From the NCBI GenBank assembly GCA_019057385.1, contig JAHQJS010000005.1, positions 288,799-352,798 on the forward strand: a stretch of 64,000 nt of DNA. The letters are read 5' to 3'. Source of the stretch: Candidatus Borrarchaeum weybense. GTDB taxonomy: Archaea; Asgardarchaeota; Sifarchaeia; Borrarchaeales; Borrarchaeaceae. A program made the position numbers and the translations under genes. Shown piece after piece: positions 10,516 through 20,549 of this stretch (the first letter of the stretch is position 1; every line of letters begins with the position of its first letter). Below the pieces are notes generated by a model, which was not told the origin of the DNA, did no database searches, and saw only the letters and a list, made by a program, of their open reading frames with translations.

Positions 10516-12171
10516 TCACTCAGATTCCATAAAAGGATATCTATAGTCAGTTGGAGGCAGAAAGTTCTCCTTGATGGTTCTAGCACTAACCCATCTTATG
10601 AGATTTAACCAACTGCCTGCTTTATCGTTCGTACCAGATGCACGGGCACCACCGAAAGGTTGCTGTCCAACTACAGCCCCTGTGGGTTTATCGTTGATAT
10701 AGAAGTTTCCAGCTGCATTTCTAAGGATTTTTATGGCTAAAACGATCGCCTTTCGATCCTGAGCGAATATAGACCCTGTAAGCCCATATGGGGAAATCTG
10801 ATCGCATAAATGCAATGTGTTTTCATACTTATCTGCAGGATAGACATAAACGGTCATTACAGGACCAAAGATTTCCTCACACATCATTAAGTGTCCAGGA
10901 TCCTCTGTGCGAATGATCGTTGGTTCAATGAAATAGCCCTTAGCATCGTCAGAATTGCCACCAACTACAAACTCCATACCTGCATTCTTTGCGGCGTCAA
11001 TATACCTCTTAATGTTATCAAACGACGCTTTGTCAATTACAGCATTGATAAAATTCGAAAAATCTTCCACACCACCCATTTTCATGCTTTTTATTCCTTC
11101 GACTAACATGGGCTTTATTTTTTCCCAGAGAGTGTCAGGAATGTAAGCACGGGACGATGCACTGCATTTCTGACCGGAATACTCGAAAGATCCTCGAAGG
11201 ATTGCCACAGCTAGTGCTTTGATATCAGCACTTTCATGAGCGAAAATGAAATCTTTGCCACCTGTTTCACCAACGATTCGCGGATATATATTGTAATTGG
11301 CAATATTTTCTCCTACGGTTCTCCACATACTTTGAAAAGTGCTAGTACTCCCAGTGAAGTGGATACCCGCCAGATGAGGATTCTTCAAAATAATTGAACC
11401 GACTCCTGTCCTACTTTTGAAAGGAACGAAGTTGATGACTCCTCCGGGTAGTCCTGCTTCTTCCAGTATTTCCATGAAGAAATAAGCTGAATATATCGAA
11501 GTAGAGGCGGGTTTGAACAAGACCACATTGCCCATGATAGCAGGGGCTGTAGGTAAGTTGCCAGTAATCGAAGTAAAGTTGAAGGGAGTTACAGCAAAGA
11601 TGAAACCTTCTAAGGGGCGGTATTCCATCCGATTCCATTGATTTCTAGCTGAAAATGGCTGTTCATTGTAAATTTGCCACATAAAATATGTGTTGAATCG
11701 AAGAAAGTCAACTAACTCACAGGCGGAATCAATTTCTGCCTGAAATACGTTTTTACTTTGTCCAAGCATTGTAGCAGCATTAAGTAACATGCGATGTGGA
11801 CCTGCAAGCAGATCTGCAGCTTTCAAGAAAATAGCGGCTCTATCCTCCCAAGACCATTCACTCCATTCTTTCCAAGTCTCTATAGCCGTTTCTATAACTT
11901 GTTTGATCTCTTGCTCACCTGCCTGATGATATCGCCCTAAGAGATGTTGATGATCATGGGGAACTCGAATCTCTCCTAATTTATCAGTCTTTATTCGCTT
12001 TCCGCCTATAATTAAAGGAATTTCTACTTCTTTGCTCCTAAGTTCCTGAATTTTTTTCTTCAGAACTTCGCGTTCAGGTGTTCCTGGACCATAACTAAAA
12101 ACTGGTTCATTAACCGGTTTTGGTACTTTAAAAGAACCTAACATGTAAGACCCCCTATATTTATTTGACAA
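10516..12171 (-). CDS. pruA: L-glutamate gamma-semialdehyde (P5C) dehydrogenase
   Basis: EIDSACELVDFLRFN, PFNFT, GETGGKDF, EYSGQKCSA, EEIFGP, PFGGARASGTNDK. Confidence 0.95.
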   Translation of the reverse strand: MSNKYRGSYMLGSFKVPKPVNEPVFSYGPGTPEREVLKKKIQELRSKEVEIPLIIGGKRIKTDKLGEIRVPHDHQHLLGRYHQAGEQEIKQVIETAIETWKEWSEWSWEDRAAIFLKAADLLAGPHRMLLNAATMLGQSKNVFQAEIDSACELVDFLRFNTYFMWQIYNEQPFSARNQWNRMEYRPLEGFIFAVTPFNFTSITGNLPTAPAIMGNVVLFKPASTSIYSAYFFMEILEEAGLPGGVINFVPFKSRTGVGSIILKNPHLAGIHFTGSTSTFQSMWRTVGENIANYNIYPRIVGETGGKDFIFAHESADIKALAVAILRGSFEYSGQKCSASSRAYIPDTLWEKIKPMLVEGIKSMKMGGVEDFSNFINAVIDKASFDNIKRYIDAAKNAGMEFVVGGNSDDAKGYFIEPTIIRTEDPGHLMMCEEIFGPVMTVYVYPADKYENTLHLCDQISPYGLTGSIFAQDRKAIVLAIKILRNAAGNFYINDKPTGAVVGQQPFGGARASGTNDKAGSWLNLIRWVSARTIKENFLPPTDYRYPFMESE

Positions 12172-12317
12172 ATCAAATAGTTTCTTGGACAGAGATATTG
12201 TTTACTAGGGCATTTAGAACTATTCAAATTTTTGATACCATCAAAAAATCATGCAAAAAATCCAATCTTTTATCTTAATTAAAGCAATTCTTGCGAATTC
12301 ATTGAGAGGATTAATTT

Positions 12318-13910
12318 ATGAATAACATCGAGAAGTTTAATAGATTGGGCGGTGTTTGGACTCCCAAGGCTATATTGGGAGACGTTAAGAAAGTCGCCAA
12401 GGCTTTACCAGAAAATTTTGTAGATTGTATCATCACCTCTCCGCCCTATTGGATGCAAAGAGATTATGCCCATCCCGATCAGGTGGGTAGAGAGGAAACT
12501 CCAGAAGATTATGTTAATGAAATTGCTTCAGTATTCGAGATCTTAGCACCTAAACTGAAGAAAACGGGCACAATCTTCCTTAATGTTGGGTATAAGTATC
12601 TTAACGGAGAATTTATTTTAATCCCGGAAATGATAGCGCTGGAGATGAAAAAAAGAGGTTTTATGTTAAAAAATAAACTTATCTGGTTCAAACCAAACGC
12701 TATGCCCACACCTGCAAGAGATAGATTCAATGATGTATATGAGCCGGTCCTATACTTCATTAGATCAGAAGGGAAGGACGTTCACTATTTCAATCTTGAA
12801 CAAGTCTCCCAAAAGGCTAAGACATTTAATGATTATGAAAATTTACTGAAAATCCTGCCTGAAGAATTGATTGGGGCAAAGGTTATTGATTCCCTCTCAA
12901 TGCGAAAGAGTGCAGAAGGAAAAGTGATTGGTGTCCGCTATATATCAGACGATCCTACTGAAGTTCTAGTTATATGGGAGAATAACACTCAAGAGTGGAT
13001 ACCCTTTGGTAAAACAATGAAAAATTATCCAGAATCAGTGAATTTCAATTGTCCTAAATGTGGGGAAGTTATCAATTGTTGGAATATCAGACTCTCATTT
13101 GCAAATCTCGGAGAAATGGTATGCCCAGAATTTAAATCACTCCTCTGTGAGAGTTCAGAAACTTTTCCGACACCCGAACTTGAAAATACGACTAAATCGA
13201 AAGCTAAAATTCAGGAACTAGTTGATCCTAATACTGACGCAAAAAAGTATATTACAAAAAGTCCAAAAAGCAGCAAATTTTTGAAGGCAAATATGAAAAA
13301 AACCACTATGGCTTCGCCAGCAGGTCGGCTTGCTATTGAGGGCGAATATTTGACGATAAAACGTAGATGGGATGTTCCTCAACTGCTCATCGCAAAATAT
13401 CTAAGATATTGGAAGAACTATACGGGGATTACCATCGGAGATATAGATAAAAAATTGGGATATGCCCATACAGCAGGGCACTGGTTTAGACTTGATTTTG
13501 GATGGTGGGGAAAAGGAGGTTCTATACCACGACCTACAGACTGGAAACGTCTTAAAAAGTTATTAAAATTTGATGATATTTATGAAAAGTTAGTAACTGA
13601 GAAAGTAGCCGTCCTTCAAACTGTTAAACCCCACGAGGAGGGAAAAAATCCAGGTGATGTCTGGGAGATAATGCTTGAACAGTATCCTGAAGCGCATTTC
13701 TCGATTTTTCCTACCAAATTGGTCGAAACTGCGATGAAAGCAGGTTGTCCCTTAGGAGGAGTCGTGTTAGATCCATTTGCTGGCTCTGGAACTGTGGGAG
13801 AAGTAGCTATTAAACTGGGGAGAAAAGCAATATTAATAGAATTGGTTCCTCAGTTCTTAGAATTGATGAAGAAAAGATTTCAAGAACAAATCGAAATTAT
13901 ATCTCTTTAA
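12318..13910 (+). CDS. Site-specific DNA methyltransferase (beta class, SPPY, probably N4-cytosine) with a large central insertion
   Basis: N-terminal TSPPY, C-terminal VLDPFAGSGT, HF..FP..LV. Confidence 0.9.
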   Translation: MNNIEKFNRLGGVWTPKAILGDVKKVAKALPENFVDCIITSPPYWMQRDYAHPDQVGREETPEDYVNEIASVFEILAPKLKKTGTIFLNVGYKYLNGEFILIPEMIALEMKKRGFMLKNKLIWFKPNAMPTPARDRFNDVYEPVLYFIRSEGKDVHYFNLEQVSQKAKTFNDYENLLKILPEELIGAKVIDSLSMRKSAEGKVIGVRYISDDPTEVLVIWENNTQEWIPFGKTMKNYPESVNFNCPKCGEVINCWNIRLSFANLGEMVCPEFKSLLCESSETFPTPELENTTKSKAKIQELVDPNTDAKKYITKSPKSSKFLKANMKKTTMASPAGRLAIEGEYLTIKRRWDVPQLLIAKYLRYWKNYTGITIGDIDKKLGYAHTAGHWFRLDFGWWGKGGSIPRPTDWKRLKKLLKFDDIYEKLVTEKVAVLQTVKPHEEGKNPGDVWEIMLEQYPEAHFSIFPTKLVETAMKAGCPLGGVVLDPFAGSGTVGEVAIKLGRKAILIELVPQFLELMKKRFQEQIEIISL

Positions 13911-14065
13911 GTTGCCAATTTTGGGAGGAATAATGATAAATCCATAGACGTTGAGTTGCATGAATGATACGTTTAACGCAACTCATGTTTCCTAAACAAA
14001 AGAACTCACGAGATTCAGAACTCAAATGTTTTACAATGGCGACACACGCAAGTTTCACAGATCGT

Positions 14066-14491
14066 TCAGACGCGCTCCCAGATCAGATGGGCAGTCTGCT
14101 GTATGCTGGCCGCTAGAAAAGGGGGTGTACTTAATGATAATCTATCCTCTTCAAATTCAAAGAAACGGAACTGATCCACACCACTCCAGTTAGGAAAGAA
14201 ACTGACTTCAATGTTATGAATGACTTTGTCTCCTTGAACTTTATACTTTCCACAATAGGAGACATAGGTATCGGCGGCTGCTACCTTCTCTTCAGTTGTT
14301 CCTCCCCGGAAGTCTCCAGAAGCAAATTTGGGACGGTTACCACTCATGATGGCTACGGACATATATCCGTCCTCATTATACATGATATACCCAACAAAGT
14401 CTCGGCCGAATGGGTAGCTAACTTGGCCATCCGCTCTTCTATATTCCAATGATATGAGTCTCCAAGTCCCGACAAAAGGGTTTTGTGTCAT
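14066..14491 (-). CDS. Lipocalin-like domain protein
   Basis: GTWRLIS, G.IMY..DGYMS, SYCGKY, LIWER. Confidence 0.85.
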   Translation of the reverse strand: MTQNPFVGTWRLISLEYRRADGQVSYPFGRDFVGYIMYNEDGYMSVAIMSGNRPKFASGDFRGGTTEEKVAAADTYVSYCGKYKVQGDKVIHNIEVSFFPNWSGVDQFRFFEFEEDRLSLSTPPFLAASIQQTAHLIWERV

Positions 14492-14897
14492 TCTCTCACC
14501 TATTTCAATTTTAATATTTGTTATACAAATGCAGTAATTTAAACATTAATAATTGAATTTTCAAAGAATAAAAAGGTAAAATAAACGTCAATTCGCGGTA
14601 AAATATAATATCCGTAAACGTCGATATGAAGCACTATACAAAACATATACCCCAATGATACCTTTTATGAGACACTCACAAAGTTCCTTACAATATCACT
14701 CGCGATGGAATTAAATGGACTTCAGATGGAATTGAGTTTGAGAAATTCGCAGATCTAGTTGATGCATACATTGTATACCAAATTATATGTATTATGTAGT
14801 TTTAACAAATCATAATTCTTATCAAAAAGAGTGTTTTTAATTCTAATAAGACTAATTTTGCTCAACAAACTAATTATTTAGCGATGGATGATTTCCG

Positions 14898-15167
14898 TCA
14901 TCTTTTCAAAACTTTTTGGATATGTTTCTCAAGGAATGGTAAGGCTAACCCTATCACAACTAAAATATCAATGATTATGAACCAAAAAAGGAACTGTGAC
15001 ATTCTAGCCAACATAATTAATTGCTGATAAATAATAACAGCAAAGAGCACTAATGTGACTAGTGGAACTATTGTTTTCAGTCTCTTGTCACTCAACAAGT
15101 GCTCGAGCTTCATGGTGAAATTTCTTGTTTTTGAATCATCTTCGGAGGGCTCTGCCATAATACTCAC
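14898..15167 (-). CDS. Small two-TM membrane protein
   Basis: Two hydrophobic stretches. Confidence 0.6.
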   Translation of the reverse strand: MSIMAEPSEDDSKTRNFTMKLEHLLSDKRLKTIVPLVTLVLFAVIIYQQLIMLARMSQFLFWFIIIDILVVIGLALPFLEKHIQKVLKR

Positions 15168-15337
15168 ATGAAAATTCTTAACTATTCTTTGGATTCATAT
15201 TGTGATTCAGATATTGCTTTGAATCATAAGCACGAATATAATAAACCGAGTATTCTTCATTATAATGTGTCGAACGTTAAATTAAAATTCTTTCCGATAG
15301 AATTCTTTAAAGATCACGTAATCGCAATGCAATAAGA

Positions 15338-15634
15338 GTGAATCAGATGTCAACTATAAAAGTGAAATTCTTTGCACGTATCAGAGAGATAGTCAAAACA
15401 CCAAAAGCCGAGATAAGCGTAAATGATAAGATCAAATTAATCGATTTTATGAATCTATTGGCAGAGAAATATGGACCTGAATTTAGAGAATACGTGTTTA
15501 AGGCAGATCAAATTGCTAGTCATATTATGCTCATGATTAATGGAAATGCAGCGAAAAATCATGATGTATTCCTTGAAGAAAATGATACTTTGGCAATCTT
15601 ACCCCCAGTAGGTGGTGGGAACAATTATCATTAG
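15338..15634 (+). CDS. MoaD/ThiS/SAMP ubiquitin-like protein with a C-terminal NNYH tail after GG
   Basis: IKVKFFA..RE, ING, LAILPPVGGG. Confidence 0.9.
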   Translation: MNQMSTIKVKFFARIREIVKTPKAEISVNDKIKLIDFMNLLAEKYGPEFREYVFKADQIASHIMLMINGNAAKNHDVFLEENDTLAILPPVGGGNNYH

Positions 15635-15670
15635 TTTAATTAAACTTCATAAAACTTCATATATTTGGGC

Positions 15671-15763
15671 ATGTATTCTTTGTTTTACGCTGATAGTCCC
15701 TTTAAGACGGACTTCGATACTTTAAAAAAGGATCTCGTAGCAAGATTATACAGGGTGTCTTAA
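15671..15763 (+). pseudogene. 30-aa remnant of IS607 serine-recombinase TnpA
   Basis: ...KDLVARLYRVS* resembles the IS607 TnpA C-terminal DL...ARLYG motif; its stop overlaps the tnpB start (TAATG). Confidence 0.5.
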
Positions 15764-17070
15764 TGGGCGCGATAACCATTCCTGGGGCGATCATCACCTT
15801 AGATGATAGTGCGTTATTGGACGACCTTATGAAACGTTTCGGTAACGCCCGTAGGCGCGCTTTTTCCATGAAACGCAAAGGCTTGACGACATCCTGTATC
15901 GAAACTATTCTTCAACAAGATATTAAACTCAACGCTAGATATATTAAGGACGCTTATTACTCCATCAATAATTTACCCTGCAATACCACCTTTGGCGGCT
16001 TGAAGAACCAGCGGTTGCGCGAGAACGGCAAAATCACCAAAGAAGAATATAAAAAACGCCGAAATGCGATCCTGCTTTCACGTGGGGAGCGGTCTAAGAA
16101 TGGCAACCTTAACCTCAGAATCGACCTTGACACCATGCAACTGCGTATCAATACCTGTTGCCACGATAAGAATAAAAAGTGGATATTTGTGAGGATTTTA
16201 ATCCCGCAGAAATACCTCGACAAATATGGTAGGTATCTGGACGGTTCAAACTCTTATACCGTGCAGATTAAGCGACGCAACTTTGACCGGGGCTACGACC
16301 TGCGCATCAGCATCAAACTATCCTGTATGCTTCGGGAGTCCTCGCGGGTGATGTCTTTAGATATAAACGCAGGACATACTGATTTCGCAGTGATGAACAA
16401 AAGCGATGATATGCTTGTAGCGATAGGAAAGTTCAACCATCACGAGACACAGCATACCCGATGGGGAAAGCGCGACTGTCTGTTGAATAAATTGGTGAAC
16501 AAGATCGGCAATCTGGCACGACATTATGATGCGGAGGTAGTGGTGGGACATCTCAATACGGGAAAGTTTTGGAGTTACAACAAGAAGGCTACGCGGAAGA
16601 TCCGCCAACTGCCGCAGTATCAATTTCGGCAATTGCTGAAACGGTTGGAGTTGCAGGGAATAAAGGTGAGTGAAAGGTCGGAGGCCTATACCAGCAAGTT
16701 AGGTGACGTCATCTCTCAACTAATAGGATATGACATCCACAAATGTGCGGCGATGATGTTCGCCCTTAAGGTCATCAACTATGACTTATTCAAGCAGTTG
16801 AAGACGTTTCTCTTCGGAGTTCCGTCATATGAGGCTTATGGAAGGCGGAGGCGCGGGCAAAGGAGAGAAAGCGGGCTAACTGCCCCCATCCAGTACCAAA
16901 AGTTTCTAAAAAGTATGAAGTTCTGGATGGCGATGAACTCCTCGATAATAAATGAGGAGAGAGGCTACCTCCCGACTCCAGGTAGGGAGGGATTGTGCAA
17001 TAGGACAATGATGTCCTTTCTGGACAATTTAAAAGCGGACTTCCCATGTCACACTCTCAAGATATATTAA
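15763..17070 (+). CDS. tnpB: TnpB-related RuvC protein with degenerate catalytic motifs
   Basis: LNARYIKDA, GNLNLRI, RuvC-I SLDINA, RuvC-II VVVGHL (no Glu), AYTSKLG, DIHKCAA. Confidence 0.85.
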   Translation: MGAITIPGAIITLDDSALLDDLMKRFGNARRRAFSMKRKGLTTSCIETILQQDIKLNARYIKDAYYSINNLPCNTTFGGLKNQRLRENGKITKEEYKKRRNAILLSRGERSKNGNLNLRIDLDTMQLRINTCCHDKNKKWIFVRILIPQKYLDKYGRYLDGSNSYTVQIKRRNFDRGYDLRISIKLSCMLRESSRVMSLDINAGHTDFAVMNKSDDMLVAIGKFNHHETQHTRWGKRDCLLNKLVNKIGNLARHYDAEVVVGHLNTGKFWSYNKKATRKIRQLPQYQFRQLLKRLELQGIKVSERSEAYTSKLGDVISQLIGYDIHKCAAMMFALKVINYDLFKQLKTFLFGVPSYEAYGRRRRGQRRESGLTAPIQYQKFLKSMKFWMAMNSSIINEERGYLPTPGREGLCNRTMMSFLDNLKADFPCHTLKIY

Positions 17071-17204
17071 GAAATATGAAGATATGGTAAGATACCGTGA
17101 CCTGGTGGGTGTATCTACATACTCATTTAGTTTTTAGAAGTCTGTTAGTTCTCCCTCTATCCTTAGAGGATCCCTGTTCGTTATAAAAATAAGAGGCAAA
17201 CTAT

Positions 17205-18500
17205 TTGAAAATTTATATGGACACATACGGGTGTAGTGCAAACCAAGCAGCATCTGAGATTATGTTAGGCCTTCTTTCAAATAAATTTCAAATAATTTCA
17301 AAGAAAGATGAGGCAGATGTAATAATCATCAATTCGTGTATAGTGAAATCACCTACAGAAGCAAAAATTCTTTTTCAAATTAAAAAAATCGTGCAAGAAT
17401 ACCCTCACAAAAAACTAATTGTTGCAGGATGCATGCCTGAAGTGTATTCCATGAAAATTAGAAAAACTGCGCCAAATGCAAGTATGATTGGAATACATCA
17501 TCTTTCAGAAATTGAGAATGTCGTTGACGACACTTTACGAGGAAAACAAAGAATTGAAATTGGGCATAATTCCAGTCCAAAGTTAGGATATCCTCGAATA
17601 AGGATTGATGATAGGATTGGAATTGTACAGATTGCCCAGGGTTGTATTTCAAATTGTACTTATTGTATTGTAAAGCGAGTCATGGGCCCATTAGTATCAT
17701 ATCCTGAAGAACTGATACTTGACGAAGTAAAAAGGTGCGTTCTTCAAGGATGTAAAGAGATTTGGCTAACTGCACAAGATACAACCGCATATGGATTAGA
17801 TAGAGGCAGCACCCTACCTTCCCTTTTACAGTCGATTATGCAAATCGATGGCAATTTTATGGTCAGAGTCGGTATGATGAACCCTGCCACAGCATATCCT
17901 TTAGTAGATGACTTGATTGAGGTTTTCAAGCATTCTAAACTCTATAAATTCATACATTTACCTCTTCAATCTGGTAGCAATGCAATTTTACGTCAAATGA
18001 AAAGAAATTATACCGTTGAACAGTACTTTGAGATTATAAAAAAATTTAGAACAGTCTTCCAGGACATTACACTATCTACAGACGTTATTGTAGGATTCCC
18101 TACCGAAACCGAGGCACAATTTAATGAATCGCTTAATGTAATAACACTGCTTCAACCCAGTTTAACAAATATTTCAAAATTCGGTCCAAGGGAAAAAACA
18201 CCTGCTGCAAAATTACCCCCTCTTTCAAGTCAAACGATAAAAGACCGCTCAAGAAAAATGACAGTACTTTGCCAAAAGATAACACGTGAGAAAAACAATG
18301 AATGGATAGGAAGAGAAGAAACCATTCTAATCGTAAGTAGAGGAAAAAAAGGCGGTTTAGAAGGACGAACCTATACCTATAAACCGGTTATCATTGATAC
18401 ACGAAACCACGAACTTATTGGTAAATTCGTAAATGTGAGTATAGTTGATGCAAAATATAGTCATCTACTTGGAACTCTCACTGAGGAATTTATTCGCTGA
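17205..18500 (+). CDS. tRNA methylthiotransferase (MiaB/MtaB-like radical SAM with TRAM domain)
   Basis: TYGCSAN, NSC.VK, GCISNCTYC, HLPLQSGS, TDVIVGFPTET. Confidence 0.95.
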   Translation: MKIYMDTYGCSANQAASEIMLGLLSNKFQIISKKDEADVIIINSCIVKSPTEAKILFQIKKIVQEYPHKKLIVAGCMPEVYSMKIRKTAPNASMIGIHHLSEIENVVDDTLRGKQRIEIGHNSSPKLGYPRIRIDDRIGIVQIAQGCISNCTYCIVKRVMGPLVSYPEELILDEVKRCVLQGCKEIWLTAQDTTAYGLDRGSTLPSLLQSIMQIDGNFMVRVGMMNPATAYPLVDDLIEVFKHSKLYKFIHLPLQSGSNAILRQMKRNYTVEQYFEIIKKFRTVFQDITLSTDVIVGFPTETEAQFNESLNVITLLQPSLTNISKFGPREKTPAAKLPPLSSQTIKDRSRKMTVLCQKITREKNNEWIGREETILIVSRGKKGGLEGRTYTYKPVIIDTRNHELIGKFVNVSIVDAKYSHLLGTLTEEFIR

Positions 18501-18742
18501 GTATCGAATAAACTCATTTTCTAAGGCGTATTTGTGGAATCATATGAGGGTAACATGAGCGTAGTAAAAAGCCTTTTTATTAATAAAACGACATTTTTCA
18601 TTTTAACTGAAATCATTTCGACATAAATCCCCTTACTGACCTGTCTTTAAATATACCGTTTCAATGACATTGTCCTAAAATCCCCAATCTATAGGATCTG
18701 TAACAGGGCAAGGAGACGTCGTTAACTTGACAAGTTGGCAGG

Positions 18743-18964
18743 GTGCGAAAGGGAACCGAGAGGAGGTTGATAAGAATTAAGCTCGTTACTGTCCACCTCC
18801 CAGCTGGGTTTATCTCTGGATTAGATAGACTAGTTGAGGAGGAAAAATACCCTAATCGATCGGAAGTAATCAGAATAGCTATCCGTGATCTATTGAAAAA
18901 GGAATTATGGGAAAGTCTAGGTTTTCCAGGTTTTCCGAACCCTACTCCGTTAGAAATAAGATGA
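18743..18964 (+). CDS. cdrS: Ribbon-helix-helix regulator, CdrS-like
   Basis: LVTVHLP....LDRLV....YPNRSEVIR.AIRDLL, directly upstream of ftsZ. Confidence 0.85.
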   Translation: MRKGTERRLIRIKLVTVHLPAGFISGLDRLVEEEKYPNRSEVIRIAIRDLLKKELWESLGFPGFPNPTPLEIR

Positions 18965-18987
18965 ATTTTTATTGACATTAAGGTGAC

Positions 18988-20094
18988 ATGGAGATCATGC
19001 CAATGAAATTATTAATTGAGAATGCAAAGAAGCATATACTTGAAACAAAAGATCTACACAATGGCTTAAGAGAGCCTGGTCGTGCAAGGATTGTAGTTAT
19101 GGGATGTGGAGGCGGAGGATGTAATACCGTAGATCGTTTAATGAAATTAGGTATTGAAGGTGCAGAATGTATTGCTGTGAATACAGATCAACAGCATCTT
19201 AGTCAAGTGCAAGCAAATCAACATATCCTTATAGGGCGGCATATTACACGCGGCTTAGGGGCAGGAGGATATCCTGAAATTGGAGCTGCGTCAGCAGAAG
19301 AGTCTAGAAGAGAATTAACGGAATTTTTAAGAGATGCAGATCTGGTTTTTGTTTCAGCTGGTCTAGGTGGAGGTACTGGTACGGGAGCCGCACCTACTGT
19401 TGCTGAAATTGCTAAAGAGAATGATGCAATAGTGGTAGGTGTTGTTACTACACCATTTGAAGTAGAACGTGCACGGAATGAAAAGGCACGAGAAGGATTA
19501 AGAAATCTACGAAGACACGCTGATACCGTTATTGTGATTGACAATAATAAACTACTTGATATTGCGCCTCAACTTCCAATTGATGCAGCATTTAGCGTTG
19601 CTGATGAAGTTTTAGCTCGCTTTGTAAAGGGCATTACAGAGACCATATCATTGCCGAGCCTCATTAATCTTGATTATGCTGATGTCCGAACCGTTATGAC
19701 GGATGGGGGCGTCGCAATGGTCGGAGTTGGAGAATCAGGAGAAAAGAATCGAGTAGAAGACGCTGTTAATGCAGCATTAAAGTGTCCGCTGCTTGAGTTG
19801 GATATCACTGGTGCTACCGCTGCCTTGATTCACGTGAGCGGTGGAACTGATATGACGCTTGAGGAGGCAACAAAAGCTGCAGATATCGTTGCAAAAAGAT
19901 TAGCGAGCAATGCAATGGTGATTTGGGGTGCACGTCAAGATCCTGAACTGAGAGATATGATTCGAGTTATGTTAATTGTCACTGGTGTACAGAGCCCTCA
20001 AGTATTTGGACCTCAAGAAAACCATTTCTGGAATCAAAAAGGACCAAGAGATTTTTCTGATTTTGATTTGCCGGGCGATATTCCAAAACTTTAG
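18988..20094 (+). CDS. ftsZ: Cell division protein FtsZ (FtsZ2-type context)
   Basis: GGGGCN, GLGAGG, GLGGGTGTG, LINLDYAD. Confidence 0.98.
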   Translation: MEIMPMKLLIENAKKHILETKDLHNGLREPGRARIVVMGCGGGGCNTVDRLMKLGIEGAECIAVNTDQQHLSQVQANQHILIGRHITRGLGAGGYPEIGAASAEESRRELTEFLRDADLVFVSAGLGGGTGTGAAPTVAEIAKENDAIVVGVVTTPFEVERARNEKAREGLRNLRRHADTVIVIDNNKLLDIAPQLPIDAAFSVADEVLARFVKGITETISLPSLINLDYADVRTVMTDGGVAMVGVGESGEKNRVEDAVNAALKCPLLELDITGATAALIHVSGGTDMTLEEATKAADIVAKRLASNAMVIWGARQDPELRDMIRVMLIVTGVQSPQVFGPQENHFWNQKGPRDFSDFDLPGDIPKL

Positions 20095-20125
20095 CTAAAC
20101 TCCCCCTTCTATTTTTTTTATAGAT

Positions 20126-20372
20126 GTCTCGCAAGAAGACCCCCCCAACTAGTTGGGGGATGAAGTGCGTTTGTTCACTTTCACAATGGTCTACAATCCT
20201 TAAATAGGTATGTGCACCTAGAGAGTAAGTAGAATTGAGCTGAGGTCACACTCGCCAGTTCTCAAATTAACATCAAGTTCAGGGCAGGAACTGCCCGTTG
20301 AGCCTGTTTGACATGCTCCGCTGGGAGATGAATGATTCAGGAAGCCATTCAACTTGTTGGATGGTAGTTCAC
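20126..20372 (+). mobile_element. ORF-less IS200/IS605 miniature element retaining an omegaRNA-like 3' region
   Basis: Left-end palindrome CCCCCAACTAGTTGGGGG (20142-20159) in CAAGAAG...GATGAA context; GGGCAGGAACTGCCC hairpin; right-end GAAGCCATTCAAC-TT-GTTGGATGG-TAGTTCAC. Confidence 0.8.
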
Positions 20373-20549
20373 AATTCGATACAGGCGCTCTACAAACACT
20401 TAGTGAGATTAAGCCAATTTCCTAGGTTCATCAAAGGTATCAAGCTATTTTTGAGGAAAGATATTTGAATCAAAACCTATTTGCTAAGAACGTCTGATAA
20501 GAAAGTAAATCTATTTTTCATATAGTACATTTTTTCAGGTAGTTAAGAA

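Larger units (their letters stand above)
15617..17105 (+). mobile_element. Non-autonomous IS607-derived element (tnpA remnant + tnpB); ends approximate
   Basis: About 10-bp-spaced repeats at both ends in inverted orientation (CTTCATA x2 at left; TATTAAG/TATGAAG/TGGTAAG at right), GG-containing TGGTGGG at both junctions, higher GC than flanks. Confidence 0.6.

Noticed and set aside
14520-14890. Possible degraded gene in the AT-rich spacer
   Set aside because: Short open frames with no recognisable motif
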